Positions 52,431-62,539 of a DNA stretch of 64,000 bases are shown piece after piece. Position 1 is the stretch's first letter; each line of letters begins with the position of its first letter. A program made the position numbers and the translations under genes. Location: positions 256,001 to 320,000 of the forward strand of contig CAVTNB010000001.1 in the NCBI GenBank assembly GCA_963736005.1, read 5' to 3'. Under the pieces are notes generated by a model that saw only the letters and a list, made by a program, of their open reading frames with translations, had not been told where the DNA came from and searched no databases. The DNA comes from an uncultured Pseudomonadota bacterium (GTDB taxonomy: Bacteria > Vulcanimicrobiota > Vulcanimicrobiia > Eremiobacterales > Eremiobacteraceae).

Positions 52431-52981
52431 GTTTGCTCGTACAGCGTCACGCGGTCGCTGTCGCTCGGTTCTCGAGCGAGCTCGACCTCAACATGCTCCG
52501 CCCTCGAGGTCGGAACAACGCGTCCGGCATAGTCAGCCTGTATCGGCAGCTCGCGCAGTCCACGGTCGACCAGGACGCACAGCCGGGCGACCCGCGGGCG
52601 GCCCAGGTCTGTGATCGCATCCAAAGCGCTGCGAATGGTACGGCCGGTGAAAAGCACGTCGTCGACGATGACCACTTCTTTGCCGAGGACGTCGACCGAG
52701 ATTTCGCTGTCCGGCATGTCGCGCGCTGCATCGTCATCACGGTACATCGTGATGTTGAGGAAGCCGATGGGCACGGCAACTCCAGTTCGCTGCTTAATCT
52801 GGGCGTGAATGCGGCGCGTGAGGTTCTCGCCACCTTTTCGAATGCCAATGAGCACTAAATCCGCGCTTGCGCCGTTTGGTTCTATGATTTGTTGCGCGAG
52901 CCGCTCCACCGTGCGCTGCAGCTCAGCAGACGAAAGCACGACCCTTTTCTCTCGCAGGGTCGTCGCAGGCGCTCTTGCCAA
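52427..52981 (-). CDS. pyrR: Bifunctional pyrimidine regulator PyrR / uracil phosphoribosyltransferase
   Basis: ITMYRDD, VDDVLFTGRTIR, LVDRGxRELPI. Confidence 0.94.
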   Translation of the reverse strand: MARAPATTLREKRVVLSSAELQRTVERLAQQIIEPNGASADLVLIGIRKGGENLTRRIHAQIKQRTGVAVPIGFLNITMYRDDDAARDMPDSEISVDVLGKEVVIVDDVLFTGRTIRSALDAITDLGRPRVARLCVLVDRGLRELPIQADYAGRVVPTSRAEHVEVELAREPSDSDRVTLYEQT

Positions 52982-53011
52982 GTGAGGTCCAGCCCTTTCC
53001 CGCTCATCCGT

Positions 53012-53064
53012 GTCGCAGGGGACCGCTAGGTCCTCCCGTGTAGCAGCGGACCTTCAGGTCCGCT
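53012..53064 (+). repeat. Two tandem REP-like hairpins of a GGACC/GGTCC subfamily
   Basis: GTCGCAGGGGACC-GCTA-GGTCCTC and GTAGCAGCGGACC-TTCA-GGTCCGCT. Partial copies occur at 50178 and about 19011. Confidence 0.6.
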
Positions 53065-55757
53065 CATAGTGAGCCAAGGCGTTCGGAACTTTTCGCGAGG
53101 GTTGCCCGCAGTTCTTCGAGCCGGGCTTGTTCTTTCTCGACGACCGTTCGAGGTGCCTTCTCAAGGAAGCCCCGCGAGGACAGCTTGCTTTCCAATGCTT
53201 CGATTTCGACGCGACTTTTTTCGATTTCCTTTTGGAGCGCTGCCCGTTCCTTTTCGACGAACGAGGCATCGACAGGAAGCAGCACTTCGACCGCGCCCAT
53301 GCGGCGAGACAAGGCGTGCTTCGGACGCCCGTCGAGTGGCGCAATGGCATTCACAGCGCTCGCGCGGGCAAGCGTGCGGAGAATGGCTTCTTCCCTGCGA
53401 AAAAGCGAAAGCAGCTCGTCGTCTGCACCGACGACGACAACATCGCGCAGCTCGCGATAGGGCAGCTTGGGCACGGCTCGCAACGAAAGCACGGTCTCAA
53501 CGAACTCAAGCAGCGTGCGCATGTCTTCGCGCGCTTGCACATCGATGCGACCGGCCTCGGTCGGCCAAGGTGCCGCTTCGATGCGAGGAGCGTCGCGCGG
53601 CAGGCGCTGCCAGAGTTCTTCCGTGAGGAAGGGCATGATGGGATGGAGCAACTGCAGTGAGACCGAGAGCGTGCGCGCGAGGATCGGGGGGCGCGTTTTC
53701 ACGCGGTCCTTGGCAATCTCGATGTACACGTCGCAGAGCTGGTTCCAGAAAAACGTATAGATCGCTTGCGACCACTGGGAAAAATCATAGGCCTGCGCGG
53801 CTCGCTCGACCCGTTCCACGGTTTGTGCAAGCGCGTCAAGGATCCAGCGGTCCGCGAGAGTCAGCTCCCGCTCGATCTGAGCCATGTAGTCGCGCGAATT
53901 TATTCGCGCGTCAAACTCTGGAAAGGTATTCAGGGCAAACCGCGTGGCTTGCCAGATCTTGTTGCCAAACTTGCGGGCCTCGTCGCAGCGGTCCTCGGAG
54001 AAACGCACGTCTTGACCTTCGTGCATTTGACTGACGATGGCAAAGCGGGTTGCGTCCGCTCCGTATTCGGCGACCAACTCCATGGGGTCGAGTGAGTTGC
54101 CGAGGGATTTGCTCATCTTGCGTCCCAGCTCGTCCATGATGAGCGGCGTGATGAGCACGTCTGCGAACGGCTCCTTGCCCAAGAAATGAAGCCCCATCAT
54201 CACCATGCGGGCCACCCACAAAAAGATGATCTCGCGCGCGGTGACGAGCAGTTGCGTCGGATACCAAACTTGCAGCTCCCGTGTCTTATCCGGCCAGCCG
54301 AGAATTGAAAATGGCCATAAAGCGCTGGAAAACCAGGTGTCGAGCGTGTCGGGAGCTTGGGTAAGTTGGGTGTTACCGCACGTGCTGCATGTGGCGGGCG
54401 CCGTCGCGGCGACGTTGACATGGTCGTTAGCGCAGTACCAAACAGGCAGTCTGTGGCCGAGCCAGATTTGCCGTGAGATGCACCAATCGCGAATGTGTTC
54501 GAGCCAATTCTCATAGGTGCGGGCATAGCGCTCCGGCACAAAATGCAATCTGCCGGAGCGCGACGCCTGGAGGGCTGGCTCGGCCAACGTCTTCATCTTG
54601 ACAAACCACTGGAGGGACAGCAAGGGTTCCACGACCGTGTCGCAGCGGTAGCAGGTGCCCTGCGAAATGCCGTGCACTTCTTCCTTGACCAACAAACCTC
54701 GCTCTCGCAGCGTAGCAACCGCGAGCTCGCGCGCTTTGAAGCGGTCGAGGCCGACGAATGCGGGCTCGACGTCGCCTGTCATTTTTGCGTCGAAACCGAT
54801 AACGGATTTTGCTTCCAGGTGATGACGCTCGCCGATTTCGGCGTCAGTTTGATCGTGGCCCGGTGTAATCTTCAGTGCTCCCGTGCCGAAATCGCGCTCT
54901 ACTGCGCGGTCGGCGATGACCGGAATCGGAGAGGGCGAGAGCGGACGGGTAACGCTTTGACCGACGAGTGCGGCGTAGCGAGGGTCCTCGGGGTGCACGG
55001 CAACGGCCACGTCGGCGAAGATCGTCTCCGGCCGCGTGGTCGCGACGACGATACCCTCGCCTTTCTCCTGAGGGTAGCGGACGTAGTAGAGCGTACCCTC
55101 GACGTCCTCGCGTTCCACTTCGCTGTCGGATAACGTCGACTGGCAATGCGGGCACCAATTGACCAGGCGGAGGCCGCGGTAGATCAACCCTTCATTATAG
55201 AGATCGATGAAGACCTTGATGACCGCGCGGCTCAGGCCCTCATCCATGGTGTACCGATCGCGTTGCCAGTCAGGGCCGAAACCGAGGGCTCGAAATTGTT
55301 CGTAGATGATGTGCCCGTATTTTTCGCGCCACTTGGCGGCACGCTCGCGGAATTTGTCGGGTCCAAGATCATACCGAGTAAGGCCCTCCCGAGCAAGCTC
55401 CTTTTCGATAACGTTTTGCGTCGCAATGGCCGCGTGATCTTGGCCAGGCAGCCAAACCGCATTGTAGCCCCGCATGCGGTGGTATCGGGTAAGGACGTCC
55501 ATGGGGGTGTAGGTCGACCCGTGCCCCATATGAGCTCGGCCGGTAATATTTGGTGGTGGCATCGCAATGACGAAGGGGGGTTTTGAGGGATCGGGCTCCG
55601 CATGGAAGGCGCCCTCGGCTTCCCAGGTTCGGTACCAAGGCGTCTCGATCGCAGCGGGGTCGTACTTCTCGAGTAACGGCCCGGTTGGCTGTGCCATACT
55701 CGTTTTGTTCGGGCGAGGCTGGGATGACCCTGCGAGATGGGTCCCGGGCTGCTTCAT
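53064..55757 (-). CDS. valS: Valine--tRNA ligase (start may instead be 55697)
   Basis: PPPNITGRAHMGH, DHAAIATQ, WCISRQ, DTWFSS, KMSKS, C-terminal coiled coil. Confidence 0.97.
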   Translation of the reverse strand: MKQPGTHLAGSSQPRPNKTSMAQPTGPLLEKYDPAAIETPWYRTWEAEGAFHAEPDPSKPPFVIAMPPPNITGRAHMGHGSTYTPMDVLTRYHRMRGYNAVWLPGQDHAAIATQNVIEKELAREGLTRYDLGPDKFRERAAKWREKYGHIIYEQFRALGFGPDWQRDRYTMDEGLSRAVIKVFIDLYNEGLIYRGLRLVNWCPHCQSTLSDSEVEREDVEGTLYYVRYPQEKGEGIVVATTRPETIFADVAVAVHPEDPRYAALVGQSVTRPLSPSPIPVIADRAVERDFGTGALKITPGHDQTDAEIGERHHLEAKSVIGFDAKMTGDVEPAFVGLDRFKARELAVATLRERGLLVKEEVHGISQGTCYRCDTVVEPLLSLQWFVKMKTLAEPALQASRSGRLHFVPERYARTYENWLEHIRDWCISRQIWLGHRLPVWYCANDHVNVAATAPATCSTCGNTQLTQAPDTLDTWFSSALWPFSILGWPDKTRELQVWYPTQLLVTAREIIFLWVARMVMMGLHFLGKEPFADVLITPLIMDELGRKMSKSLGNSLDPMELVAEYGADATRFAIVSQMHEGQDVRFSEDRCDEARKFGNKIWQATRFALNTFPEFDARINSRDYMAQIERELTLADRWILDALAQTVERVERAAQAYDFSQWSQAIYTFFWNQLCDVYIEIAKDRVKTRPPILARTLSVSLQLLHPIMPFLTEELWQRLPRDAPRIEAAPWPTEAGRIDVQAREDMRTLLEFVETVLSLRAVPKLPYRELRDVVVVGADDELLSLFRREEAILRTLARASAVNAIAPLDGRPKHALSRRMGAVEVLLPVDASFVEKERAALQKEIEKSRVEIEALESKLSSRGFLEKAPRTVVEKEQARLEELRATLAKSSERLGSL
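53886..53910 (+). repeat. REP-like palindrome inside the valS coding sequence
   Basis: GTAGTCGCGCGAATTTATTCGCGCG, identical to the reverse complement of the intergenic copy at 20544-20568. Confidence 0.8.
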
Positions 55758-55836
55758 GGACTTCTCACCCACGTCTCACGGCTTTCCAACAACAAAAGAG
55801 CCCCATGTTCGGTTTTATAACAAAGGGAGTACACAC

Positions 55837-56184
55837 ATGATTGCGATGCGTAAGTCAACCTCAACCCAAGGGATCGAGAAATGTCACGCGGCGGAATTGC
55901 CGCCTGAGTTTTACATCCTCACCAACCGTTGGAGCGGCAGCGTGAACGGCCACCTCACGACCATTTACGCCGGCGCGCTGCGCCACAATCCTTCAAAGGG
56001 CGTGCTCATCGTGCGGACGCTCCCATCGGACTCTCGCCGCATTGCTGGTAAGCACTGCACGGTGCCAACCAATAGGGGCGCGCTCACGATCGTAGAGAGC
56101 CGGGGCAGCCGCTTGCGCATTGGGATGGCCGATGGAGGCCATTTCTGGTTCGAGGTTCCAGGCGCACTTCGCCACGCGGCCTAG
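55837..56184 (+). CDS. Hypothetical protein (115 aa)
   Basis: AAGGGAG RBS before ATG 55837; followed by a hairpin and T-tract. Confidence 0.55.
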   Translation: MIAMRKSTSTQGIEKCHAAELPPEFYILTNRWSGSVNGHLTTIYAGALRHNPSKGVLIVRTLPSDSRRIAGKHCTVPTNRGALTIVESRGSRLRIGMADGGHFWFEVPGALRHAA

Positions 56185-56186
56185 GT

Positions 56187-56219
56187 GTAGACGGCGCCAA
56201 TTTATTGGCGCCGCTTTTT
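56187..56219 (+). repeat. REP-like GTAG palindrome, possibly also acting as a terminator
   Basis: GTAGA-CGGCGCCAAT-TT-ATTGGCGCCG-CTTTTT. Confidence 0.65.
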
Positions 56220-56220
56220 A

Positions 56221-56589
56221 TTAGCGCCACTCACTTTGTTCGAGCAAATACAATTTTATTCCATATGGATCGCGGAAGTTTGCAATGCGAACAGGGGGAT
56301 CCTCAATAACCTCCCCATCGAAGGCCACACCTCGTTTCTTAAGAAGCTGCATGGCTTTGTCGAGGGAATCGACCCCAAAGCCGATCGAGAATTCACCAGC
56401 GCGCTCTTTCGCCGCCGGGTGGGGCCCGATGCTGATGCCTGGGCCCTGCACGATTGCGAATTCTCCCCCATAGCGGCTCTTAAGTGTCAGGCCCAAAACG
56501 CCGGTATAAAAACTAAGAGCGGCATCGAGGTCGGCCACGAAGATGGTCACGTTGCTTTCGTTGAATAACTGCGGCGAAGTGTCTGTCAT
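56221..56589 (-). CDS. VOC (glyoxalase-like) family protein
   Basis: VADLDAALSFYTGVLGL, FRDPYG. Confidence 0.88.
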   Translation of the reverse strand: MTDTSPQLFNESNVTIFVADLDAALSFYTGVLGLTLKSRYGGEFAIVQGPGISIGPHPAAKERAGEFSIGFGVDSLDKAMQLLKKRGVAFDGEVIEDPPVRIANFRDPYGIKLYLLEQSEWR

Positions 56590-56593
56590 TGGC

Positions 56594-56953
56594 TCAAGCC
56601 CCCTTTTTGAGCGTCGGAGACCCTAGTCGGCGCAGTCCCGCCCCTGCGAGACGCTCCACCAATCGCAAATGTTCGAGCAATGCGCTGGTGCCGGCATCGG
56701 TTAGGCGGAATGGTCGGCGCCGGTAATTGTTGGTTGCAACTTCTTTGATCCAACCCCGTTGGTCGAGCCTTGCGAGCGCGCCATAAAGGGTCCCAGGACC
56801 AATACGCAACTCACACAGGTTCTCGATATCTTGCATGATGGCATATCCATGCTTCGCCTCTCCAGCGATACTGACCATGATCAGCAACGCGGGGTCGGCC
56901 AGTAGCCGAAGATCGCCAACCACCGGTTTGAGACTGCGGCTTTTTTTCGTCAA
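56594..56953 (-). CDS. PadR family transcriptional regulator
   Basis: HGYAIMQ, GPGTLYGALARL, RRPFRLTDAG. Confidence 0.9.
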   Translation of the reverse strand: MTKKSRSLKPVVGDLRLLADPALLIMVSIAGEAKHGYAIMQDIENLCELRIGPGTLYGALARLDQRGWIKEVATNNYRRRPFRLTDAGTSALLEHLRLVERLAGAGLRRLGSPTLKKGA

Positions 56954-56955
56954 TC

Positions 56956-57014
56956 TATCGTTGCACGATATATCATTAAGCGATATACTATCACACCATC
57001 TTGACTCTAGTCAA
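56956..57014 (-). promoter_or_regulatory. Sigma70-type promoter with tandem palindromic operator for the padR-VOC operon
   Basis: Minus strand TTGACT-N18-TAGTAT with an extended TG. Tandem sites TATCG-N5-CGATA and TATCA-N5-CGATA. Confidence 0.6.
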
Positions 57015-57044
57015 GAAAGCGGGTGGCCACTAGTCGAGATAGAT

Positions 57045-58310
57045 TTAGGCGGAGACGTCCTTGGTTTGACCGGTGGGTATGAGCACCGGCGTTTGCGCCA
57101 AGTCGATGACTTCCTTATTGATGATGCACTTTTTGATATTGGTCAGCGACGGCAAATCGTACATGACGTCGAGCATGACCTCTTCTAAGATGGAGCGCAA
57201 ACCGCGAGCGCCCGTCTTGCGGGCCTGCGCGCGATGCGCAATGGCGACGAGGGCTTCCTTCGTAAAGGACAGCTCGACACCGTCCATGGCAAAAATCTTC
57301 TGATACTGGCGTACGAGCGCGTTGCGCGGCTCGGTGAGAATGCGACGCAGGGCAAGCTCGTCGAGAGAATCCAGCGTGACGACAATCGGGAGACGCCCGA
57401 TAAACTCGGGGATAAGGCCGAAGCGCAGGAGATCTTCGGGCAAGAGCGCTTGGAGCAGACGGCTTGTCTTCTTCTCACCCTTGGCTTCCGGCATAGCCCG
57501 GAACCCTAGGCTCTGGCTGGAAACCCGGTTTTCGATGAAGCGCTCGAGTCCGTCAAAGGCACCGCCGCAGACGAAGAGCACGTTGGTCGTGTCAATTTGA
57601 ATGAACTCTTGGTGTGGATGCTTGCGTCCGCCTTGAGGTGGAACGTTGGCGGTCGTGCCTTCGAGAATCTTGAGCAGTGCTTGCTGAACGCCTTCACCGG
57701 AAACGTCGCGCGTGATCGAGGGGTTTTCGCTCTTGCGAGCGATTTTGTCGATCTCGTCAATGTAGACAATGCCCTTTTCAGCGCGTTTGACATCGTAGTC
57801 TGCTGCCTGAATGAGCTTGAGTAAAATGTTCTCGACGTCTTCGCCGACGTATCCCGCTTCGGTGAGCGAGGTGGCATCGGCCATGGCGAGCGGCACATCG
57901 AGAATTTTCGCCAGCGTTTGCGCGAGGTACGTCTTGCCCGAGCCGGTTGGACCGATGAGCAGAATATTGCTCTTGTGAAGCTCGACTTCGTCGTTGCCCC
58001 CACTCTGAATCGAGTTGATCCGTTTATAGTGGTTGTAGACGGCGACCGCCAAGCTCTTCTTCGCCCGATCCTGCCCAATAACGTACTGATTGAGGATGTG
58101 GTTGATTTCTTTCGGCTTGGGAATATTGCGCAGTCGGAGATTCTCATCGACGTTCTTGTACAGCTCTTCTTCGATGATTTCGTTGCACAGCTCGATGCAT
58201 TCGTCGCAAATGTAGACGCCGGGGCCAGCGATCAACTTGCGCACCTGCTCCTGCGACTTGCCGCAGAAGCTGCACTTGAGTTGACCCTTTTCATCCCCGA
58301 ATCTAAACAC
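57045..58310 (-). CDS. clpX: ATP-dependent Clp protease ATP-binding subunit ClpX
   Basis: CSFCGK Zn finger, [24 protein letters not shown]. Confidence 0.98.
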   Translation of the reverse strand: MFRFGDEKGQLKCSFCGKSQEQVRKLIAGPGVYICDECIELCNEIIEEELYKNVDENLRLRNIPKPKEINHILNQYVIGQDRAKKSLAVAVYNHYKRINSIQSGGNDEVELHKSNILLIGPTGSGKTYLAQTLAKILDVPLAMADATSLTEAGYVGEDVENILLKLIQAADYDVKRAEKGIVYIDEIDKIARKSENPSITRDVSGEGVQQALLKILEGTTANVPPQGGRKHPHQEFIQIDTTNVLFVCGGAFDGLERFIENRVSSQSLGFRAMPEAKGEKKTSRLLQALLPEDLLRFGLIPEFIGRLPIVVTLDSLDELALRRILTEPRNALVRQYQKIFAMDGVELSFTKEALVAIAHRAQARKTGARGLRSILEEVMLDVMYDLPSLTNIKKCIINKEVIDLAQTPVLIPTGQTKDVSA

Positions 58311-58316
58311 GCCGTT

Positions 58317-58940
58317 TTATCCGCCTGAGGGTTTCGGTGCGCTTGCTTCGCGCGACTGACGGTTGATCACTGAATCAACCAGTCCGTATTCGACAGCTTC
58401 CTCCGCTGACAGGTGATAGTCTCTATCGATATCCCGTTCGATTCGTTCGATCGCCTGACCCGTGCATTGGACGTAGATGCTTGCCAAAATCTTGCGAGTA
58501 TTAAGAAGATCCTTCGCGTAGATTTCAAGATCTGTTGCTTGCCCGCCAACCTGCGATACCCAGGGTTGGTGAATGAGTATCTTCGAGTACGGGAGGGCAA
58601 AACGCTTCCCCTTTGCACCGCCCGTGAGCAAAATTGAAGCCGCGCTCGCGGCGAGTCCCGCGCAGAACGTCGCGACATCGGGTTTCACCAGCTGCATCGT
58701 ATCGTATATGGCTAGGCCCGCCGTCACGCTGCCGCCGGGACTATTGATATACATCTCTATGTCTTTATCGGCATCTTCCTTTTCTAGGAATAGAAGCTGC
58801 GCGATGACGAGATTCGCGAGATTGTCGTCAATTGCGCCCCCCACAAAGATTATCCGCTCCTTGAGAAGGCGGGAAAAGATGTCGAACGCGCGCTCCCCGC
58901 GGGCGGTTTGCTCGACGACCATTGGTACCAAATGTCCCAT
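58317..58940 (-). CDS. clpP: ATP-dependent Clp protease proteolytic subunit
   Basis: [26 protein letters not shown]. Confidence 0.97.
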   Translation of the reverse strand: MGHLVPMVVEQTARGERAFDIFSRLLKERIIFVGGAIDDNLANLVIAQLLFLEKEDADKDIEMYINSPGGSVTAGLAIYDTMQLVKPDVATFCAGLAASAASILLTGGAKGKRFALPYSKILIHQPWVSQVGGQATDLEIYAKDLLNTRKILASIYVQCTGQAIERIERDIDRDYHLSAEEAVEYGLVDSVINRQSREASAPKPSGG

Positions 58941-58953
58941 TGTGATCCTCTAC

Positions 58954-60273
58954 TTACGTGGTTGCTTGGACTGCAACCGGCGCATCAGTGATGCTCGCGT
59001 GCTCGACGAGAAAGTCCAAGGCCTTGCCGCGCCGCACCGTGTCAATAATCATGCCGAATCCCGTGCTCCGGCGCAGAGCTTCTATAACCGCTTCTCTGCT
59101 TTGGCCATAGGAACGCGCCATCGCGTCCAACTCTTTTTCAATATCGGCTGTCGTGACCTCAAGTTTTTCTTGTTTGGCAACTTCTTCGAGCAGCAACGAA
59201 CTCTTGACGCGCCGCTCTGCTTCTGGGCGGTACTCGGCGCGCAGGCCTGCATCGTCCGTATTTTTGGCCGCTAAATACTCTTCCCACGAACGCTCGATGC
59301 GTTGCATGTAGGACTTGGCGTCTGCCACAAGGTTATCGATCTCGCGCTCGACGAGCACCTCGGGCAGCGGTACCTCATTGGCTGCAAGCATCGCGTCGAG
59401 TACTTGGCGCTGCATGTCTTCCCGTGCTCGGGCAAGGCTCACGGCTTCGAGTCTTTGGCGCACGTCCACCCGTAACGCGTCGAGGGTTGTATGATCGGAC
59501 ACTTGGCGCACGAAATCGTCGTCCAGTTCGGGAAGTTTTGCTCGCTTGATCTCGTGAACCGTCACCTCGAAGTGCGCCTCTTTGCCGGCCAGCTCGGCAA
59601 CCCGATAGTTTGAAGGGAAGGTGACGCGAAGCTGTCTTTGTTCTCCAGCTTTTTGTCCGTGCAACTGCTCGGCGAAGCCCGGGACGAAACGCTCGGCGCT
59701 CACCTCGGTCGTGTGATTTGTTGCCGTGCCGCCTTCGAATGGTTGGCCCTCAATGAGCCCATGGTAGTCGAGAGTGACGACGTCGCCATCTTCGATACCG
59801 CGGTCCTCGACCGGCTCGAGCGATGCGGCGCGCTTGCGTAGCGCTTCGATGCTGTGCTCGACGTCCGCATCGGTCACGGTGGCTGGATTGCGCGTCACGG
59901 GGATGCCTCGATAGTCTGCGAGCGTAATCTCGGGCCGAACCGATACCTTCGCTTTGATGTGCACGCCCTGTTCTTCGCCCGAGCGATCGAGGTCGATGTG
60001 CGGGCGGTCGACGGGCTCGAGTTGATGCTCGCGCAGCGCGCTTGCATACACTTCGGGCACGAGATCTTCGAGCGCCTGACTTTCTATGCTGGATTTGCCG
60101 ACATGCTGTTCAAAAATCTTTCGCGGCACGCGACCTGCGCGAAATCCTGGCATCTTATAACGGTTCACGAGCTTTCGAAACGCGCGATCTTGCGCTTGTG
60201 CAAACTCTTCGGGGGAAACTTGTATTTCGAGCTCGACTTCGGTGGGGGCGAGCTTGCGGAGGGAGGTACTCAA
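58954..60273 (-). CDS. tig: Trigger factor
   Basis: PGFRAGRVP ribosome-binding loop, FKBP domain (FEGG, FVPGF); upstream of clpP-clpX. Confidence 0.95.
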   Translation of the reverse strand: MSTSLRKLAPTEVELEIQVSPEEFAQAQDRAFRKLVNRYKMPGFRAGRVPRKIFEQHVGKSSIESQALEDLVPEVYASALREHQLEPVDRPHIDLDRSGEEQGVHIKAKVSVRPEITLADYRGIPVTRNPATVTDADVEHSIEALRKRAASLEPVEDRGIEDGDVVTLDYHGLIEGQPFEGGTATNHTTEVSAERFVPGFAEQLHGQKAGEQRQLRVTFPSNYRVAELAGKEAHFEVTVHEIKRAKLPELDDDFVRQVSDHTTLDALRVDVRQRLEAVSLARAREDMQRQVLDAMLAANEVPLPEVLVEREIDNLVADAKSYMQRIERSWEEYLAAKNTDDAGLRAEYRPEAERRVKSSLLLEEVAKQEKLEVTTADIEKELDAMARSYGQSREAVIEALRRSTGFGMIIDTVRRGKALDFLVEHASITDAPVAVQATT

Positions 60274-60401
60274 CGTGCGTGATTGCGGGCGCAGTGCATA
60301 GGGCTTCTCCGCTTTCGCCCGACCGTGTGCCTCTCCTTTGGTAGAGGAGTCTCCTCTTAGGAGTTGTCGCAGTGGACGTTGAGGTGCGCTCGAAAGTGTG
60401 A

Positions 60402-60476
60402 TGGAGCGGAAGACGAGATTCGAACTCGCGACCCTCGCCTTGGCAAGGCGATGCTCTACCGCTGAGCTACTTCCGC
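60402..60476 (-). tRNA. tRNA-Gly(GCC) with encoded CCA
   Basis: Minus strand GCGGAAGTAGCTCAGCGGTAGAGCATCGCCTTGCCAAGGCGAGGGTCGCGAGTTCGAATCTCGTCTTCCGCTCCA. Confidence 0.96.
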
Positions 60477-60565
60477 AGTTACGCGCCCGCGGCGGACCGT
60501 TCTTACGCGCGTCGCGAGATTCTCCCTTGCGGGGAAATGATGTTGCGCGAGACGAAATTCACGGT

Positions 60566-60697
60566 ATGAGTGATGGCTCGCTGATCCTTGTGATCCTCTT
60601 GCTTGGCGGCGCTTTTTACGTGGTGCTCATGCTGTGGACGACCGTCGCAAGCGTCCGCGAATCAGACGCGAATAAACCACCTCCCAAAACCCACTAG
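60566..60697 (+). CDS. Small single-TM membrane protein (43 aa)
   Basis: MSDGSLILVILLLGGAFYVVLMLWTTVASVRESDANKPPPKTH; no clear RBS. Confidence 0.5.
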   Translation: MSDGSLILVILLLGGAFYVVLMLWTTVASVRESDANKPPPKTH

Positions 60698-60711
60698 GAG
60701 GTCGATCATCA

Positions 60712-60801
60712 ATGATTCTCGCCGACGATCTGTGGGCAGCCCTTATTATCGTGCTGCTTGTCTTGATTCTCCTCGCGGTCACCGGGCACTTGAAACTCTA
60801 G
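60712..60801 (+). CDS. Small hydrophobic peptide, MILADDLWAALIIVLLVLILLAVTGHLKL (29 aa; not in the ORF track)
   Basis: AGGAGG RBS overlapping the preceding stop codon; one continuous hydrophobic helix. Confidence 0.55.
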   Translation: MILADDLWAALIIVLLVLILLAVTGHLKL

Positions 60802-60872
60802 CGCGTTCGAATCCAAAGAGTTGATTCGTTGCATCGCGTATCGTCTGTAACGAGCCGTTTTTCGCCTGACCT

Positions 60873-60954
60873 TGGGCAAGAGAGGACTCGAACCTCCACG
60901 GGTTTCCCCACCGGATTCTAAGTCCGGCGCGTCTGCCAATTCCGCCACATGCCC
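60873..60954 (-). tRNA. tRNA-Leu(UAG); CCA not encoded
   Basis: Minus strand GGGCATG acceptor, CCGGA-CT-TAG-AA-TCCGG anticodon arm, long variable arm, GGTTCGAGTCC. Confidence 0.95.
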
Positions 60955-61082
60955 ATGCTTCTGCTGTAAGGTTTCTCTGCTTAGTCGGCATCGCTCATGG
61001 CAGTTCTCGCCGCCACTTTTGCCGCCGCCGAACGGTTATGATGTCGCCGTTTCTTGGTGCCGGAACCTATGGCGCGGGCGAT

Positions 61083-61755
61083 TCAGGCAATTTTAGATTC
61101 GGTGGGAGGCTCGAGGCGGTACGTGCCAGCCGTCCAGTCGTCGTAAATTGTCCTGTATCCGTTACCAAACATATCTTTGTATGAAATTTCCGCCAACGTG
61201 ACCGTGAGGGAACTAGGATCAACTTCGGCGCGGACCACATTTGCTAGAGCGGGATCGTGATAAACTAATTGGTCGTAATTTTCCTTAAAACGCTCTTCCG
61301 TTGCCATTGATCCCGTGAATTTACATTTATCGAATTTATACGTGAATCTCTTGCTGGTAAGGTTGGGATTGCTCGCTGGAGCGCTTAGGGTCGTCATTTG
61401 GATTGATCCTGATATCGTTGCCTCGATATCAAACGCTGGACCTTTGCCAACGTTATGTGCGAACAGATAAAGGTTACCGCCGTTAGAGCTCTTCTGCTCT
61501 TATCCAGCGAAGGATGACTATCGGGACGAATGTCTGCTGATGTCTTCTGTCCTCACCCAATATGACCGCGTTAGTCTGGTAAATGTTCCACCAAGTGACC
61601 ATCGCCAAAAGCAAAGTGCCTATGGCCACCCACGTGCTCGCCACGGTCGATACATTCCAGTACAAAAAATACCTCATTATCGGCGTAAGGACGGCGCACA
61701 GAACTAAGACTACAATGATCGGGGCAAGCGCGCCAGAGCGCGGGCGAGAGGTCAA
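61083..61755 (-). pseudogene. Membrane-anchored hypothetical protein split by one frameshift near 61490
   Basis: ORF 61483-61755 (TM helices) continues in the +1 frame as EQKSSNGGNLYLFAHNVGKGPAFDI into ORF 61083-61397. Confidence 0.6.
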
Positions 61756-61881
61756 GACGTATGTGCCTCACGGCTCATTGGTACTCTTTCTGAAAGCGAA
61801 GGTCAACCCCAGGACCTTAATCAATGGCTCATGCGCGAATGGTTAAACGCCCTTCTTCTATCAGACGAACAATCTCCGTCG

Positions 61882-62539
61882 CTATGTAATCAAGCGAAGA
61901 GGCGCGGGCTCGACCTCATCACCCCATTGATGCCAGCCGTGGCGATAATGCCGAGCGAAAAGTTCAAGGCGTGGCGCGGGGCTGCATCGCTCGATTAAAT
62001 CCCACATTTCGTCGGGCTTTTGGGAATGTCGGCGCTTGCGGGTGCCGACGAGATTAACTTGAGTGCGACCGGGCTTAGAGAGTGCGGAAATTCTTTCCTC
62101 GGATGCCGAAGAGCACCAACTCGGTGACGTTTCGAAAATAGAAGCCGACCCCTCGACCATCCGGCCCCGCGTCTTTACGGATTTTGTACCAGACGATATT
62201 GGTCTTGTATGTGAAGCCCCAACGTTTCATAACTTCCAGGCCATCGGCAAGAAGGGCGTTCGGCACCCACAGGTAGAGGTGTGCGTTGGGAGCGATGATC
62301 TGAGAGACTGGAAGTTCCATGATGTCTGTGAGCGTCATGGTGCTGTAGCGCGAGAGGCGACGATGTTCTGGTGCCATCTTGCCAGTACGATTGGAGAAGC
62401 GCCAAGGCGGATCAGCATATACGGTGCTGAATCGTTCATGACCCGCGAATTTCAAAAGGGACTCGCCGACCGAATCTTTGTTGGTTAGTGGCTTGGGTCG
62501 TATAACTTTCGCGTTATGCCGAATACGAGAATTGGACAC
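61882..62539 (-). pseudogene. MT-A70 family adenine methyltransferase, frameshifted at about 62076 (start uncertain)
   Basis: YADPPW, LYLWVPN, WGFTYKT, GFYFRNVTE, then in the +1 frame HSQKPDE...LELFAR...WGDE. Confidence 0.85.

Noticed and set aside
52982..53063. PyrR attenuator upstream of pyrR
   Set aside because: No recognisable PyrR-binding loop or U-tailed terminator; the hairpins match the REP-like subfamily.
55758..55836. T-box leader upstream of valS
   Set aside because: The gap is short and divergent, and has no T-box consensus.
62060..62090. Programmed frameshift or phase variation in the MT-A70 gene
   Set aside because: The CTCTCT tract is short, and all neighbouring genes carry similar single-base disruptions, so error or decay is simpler.
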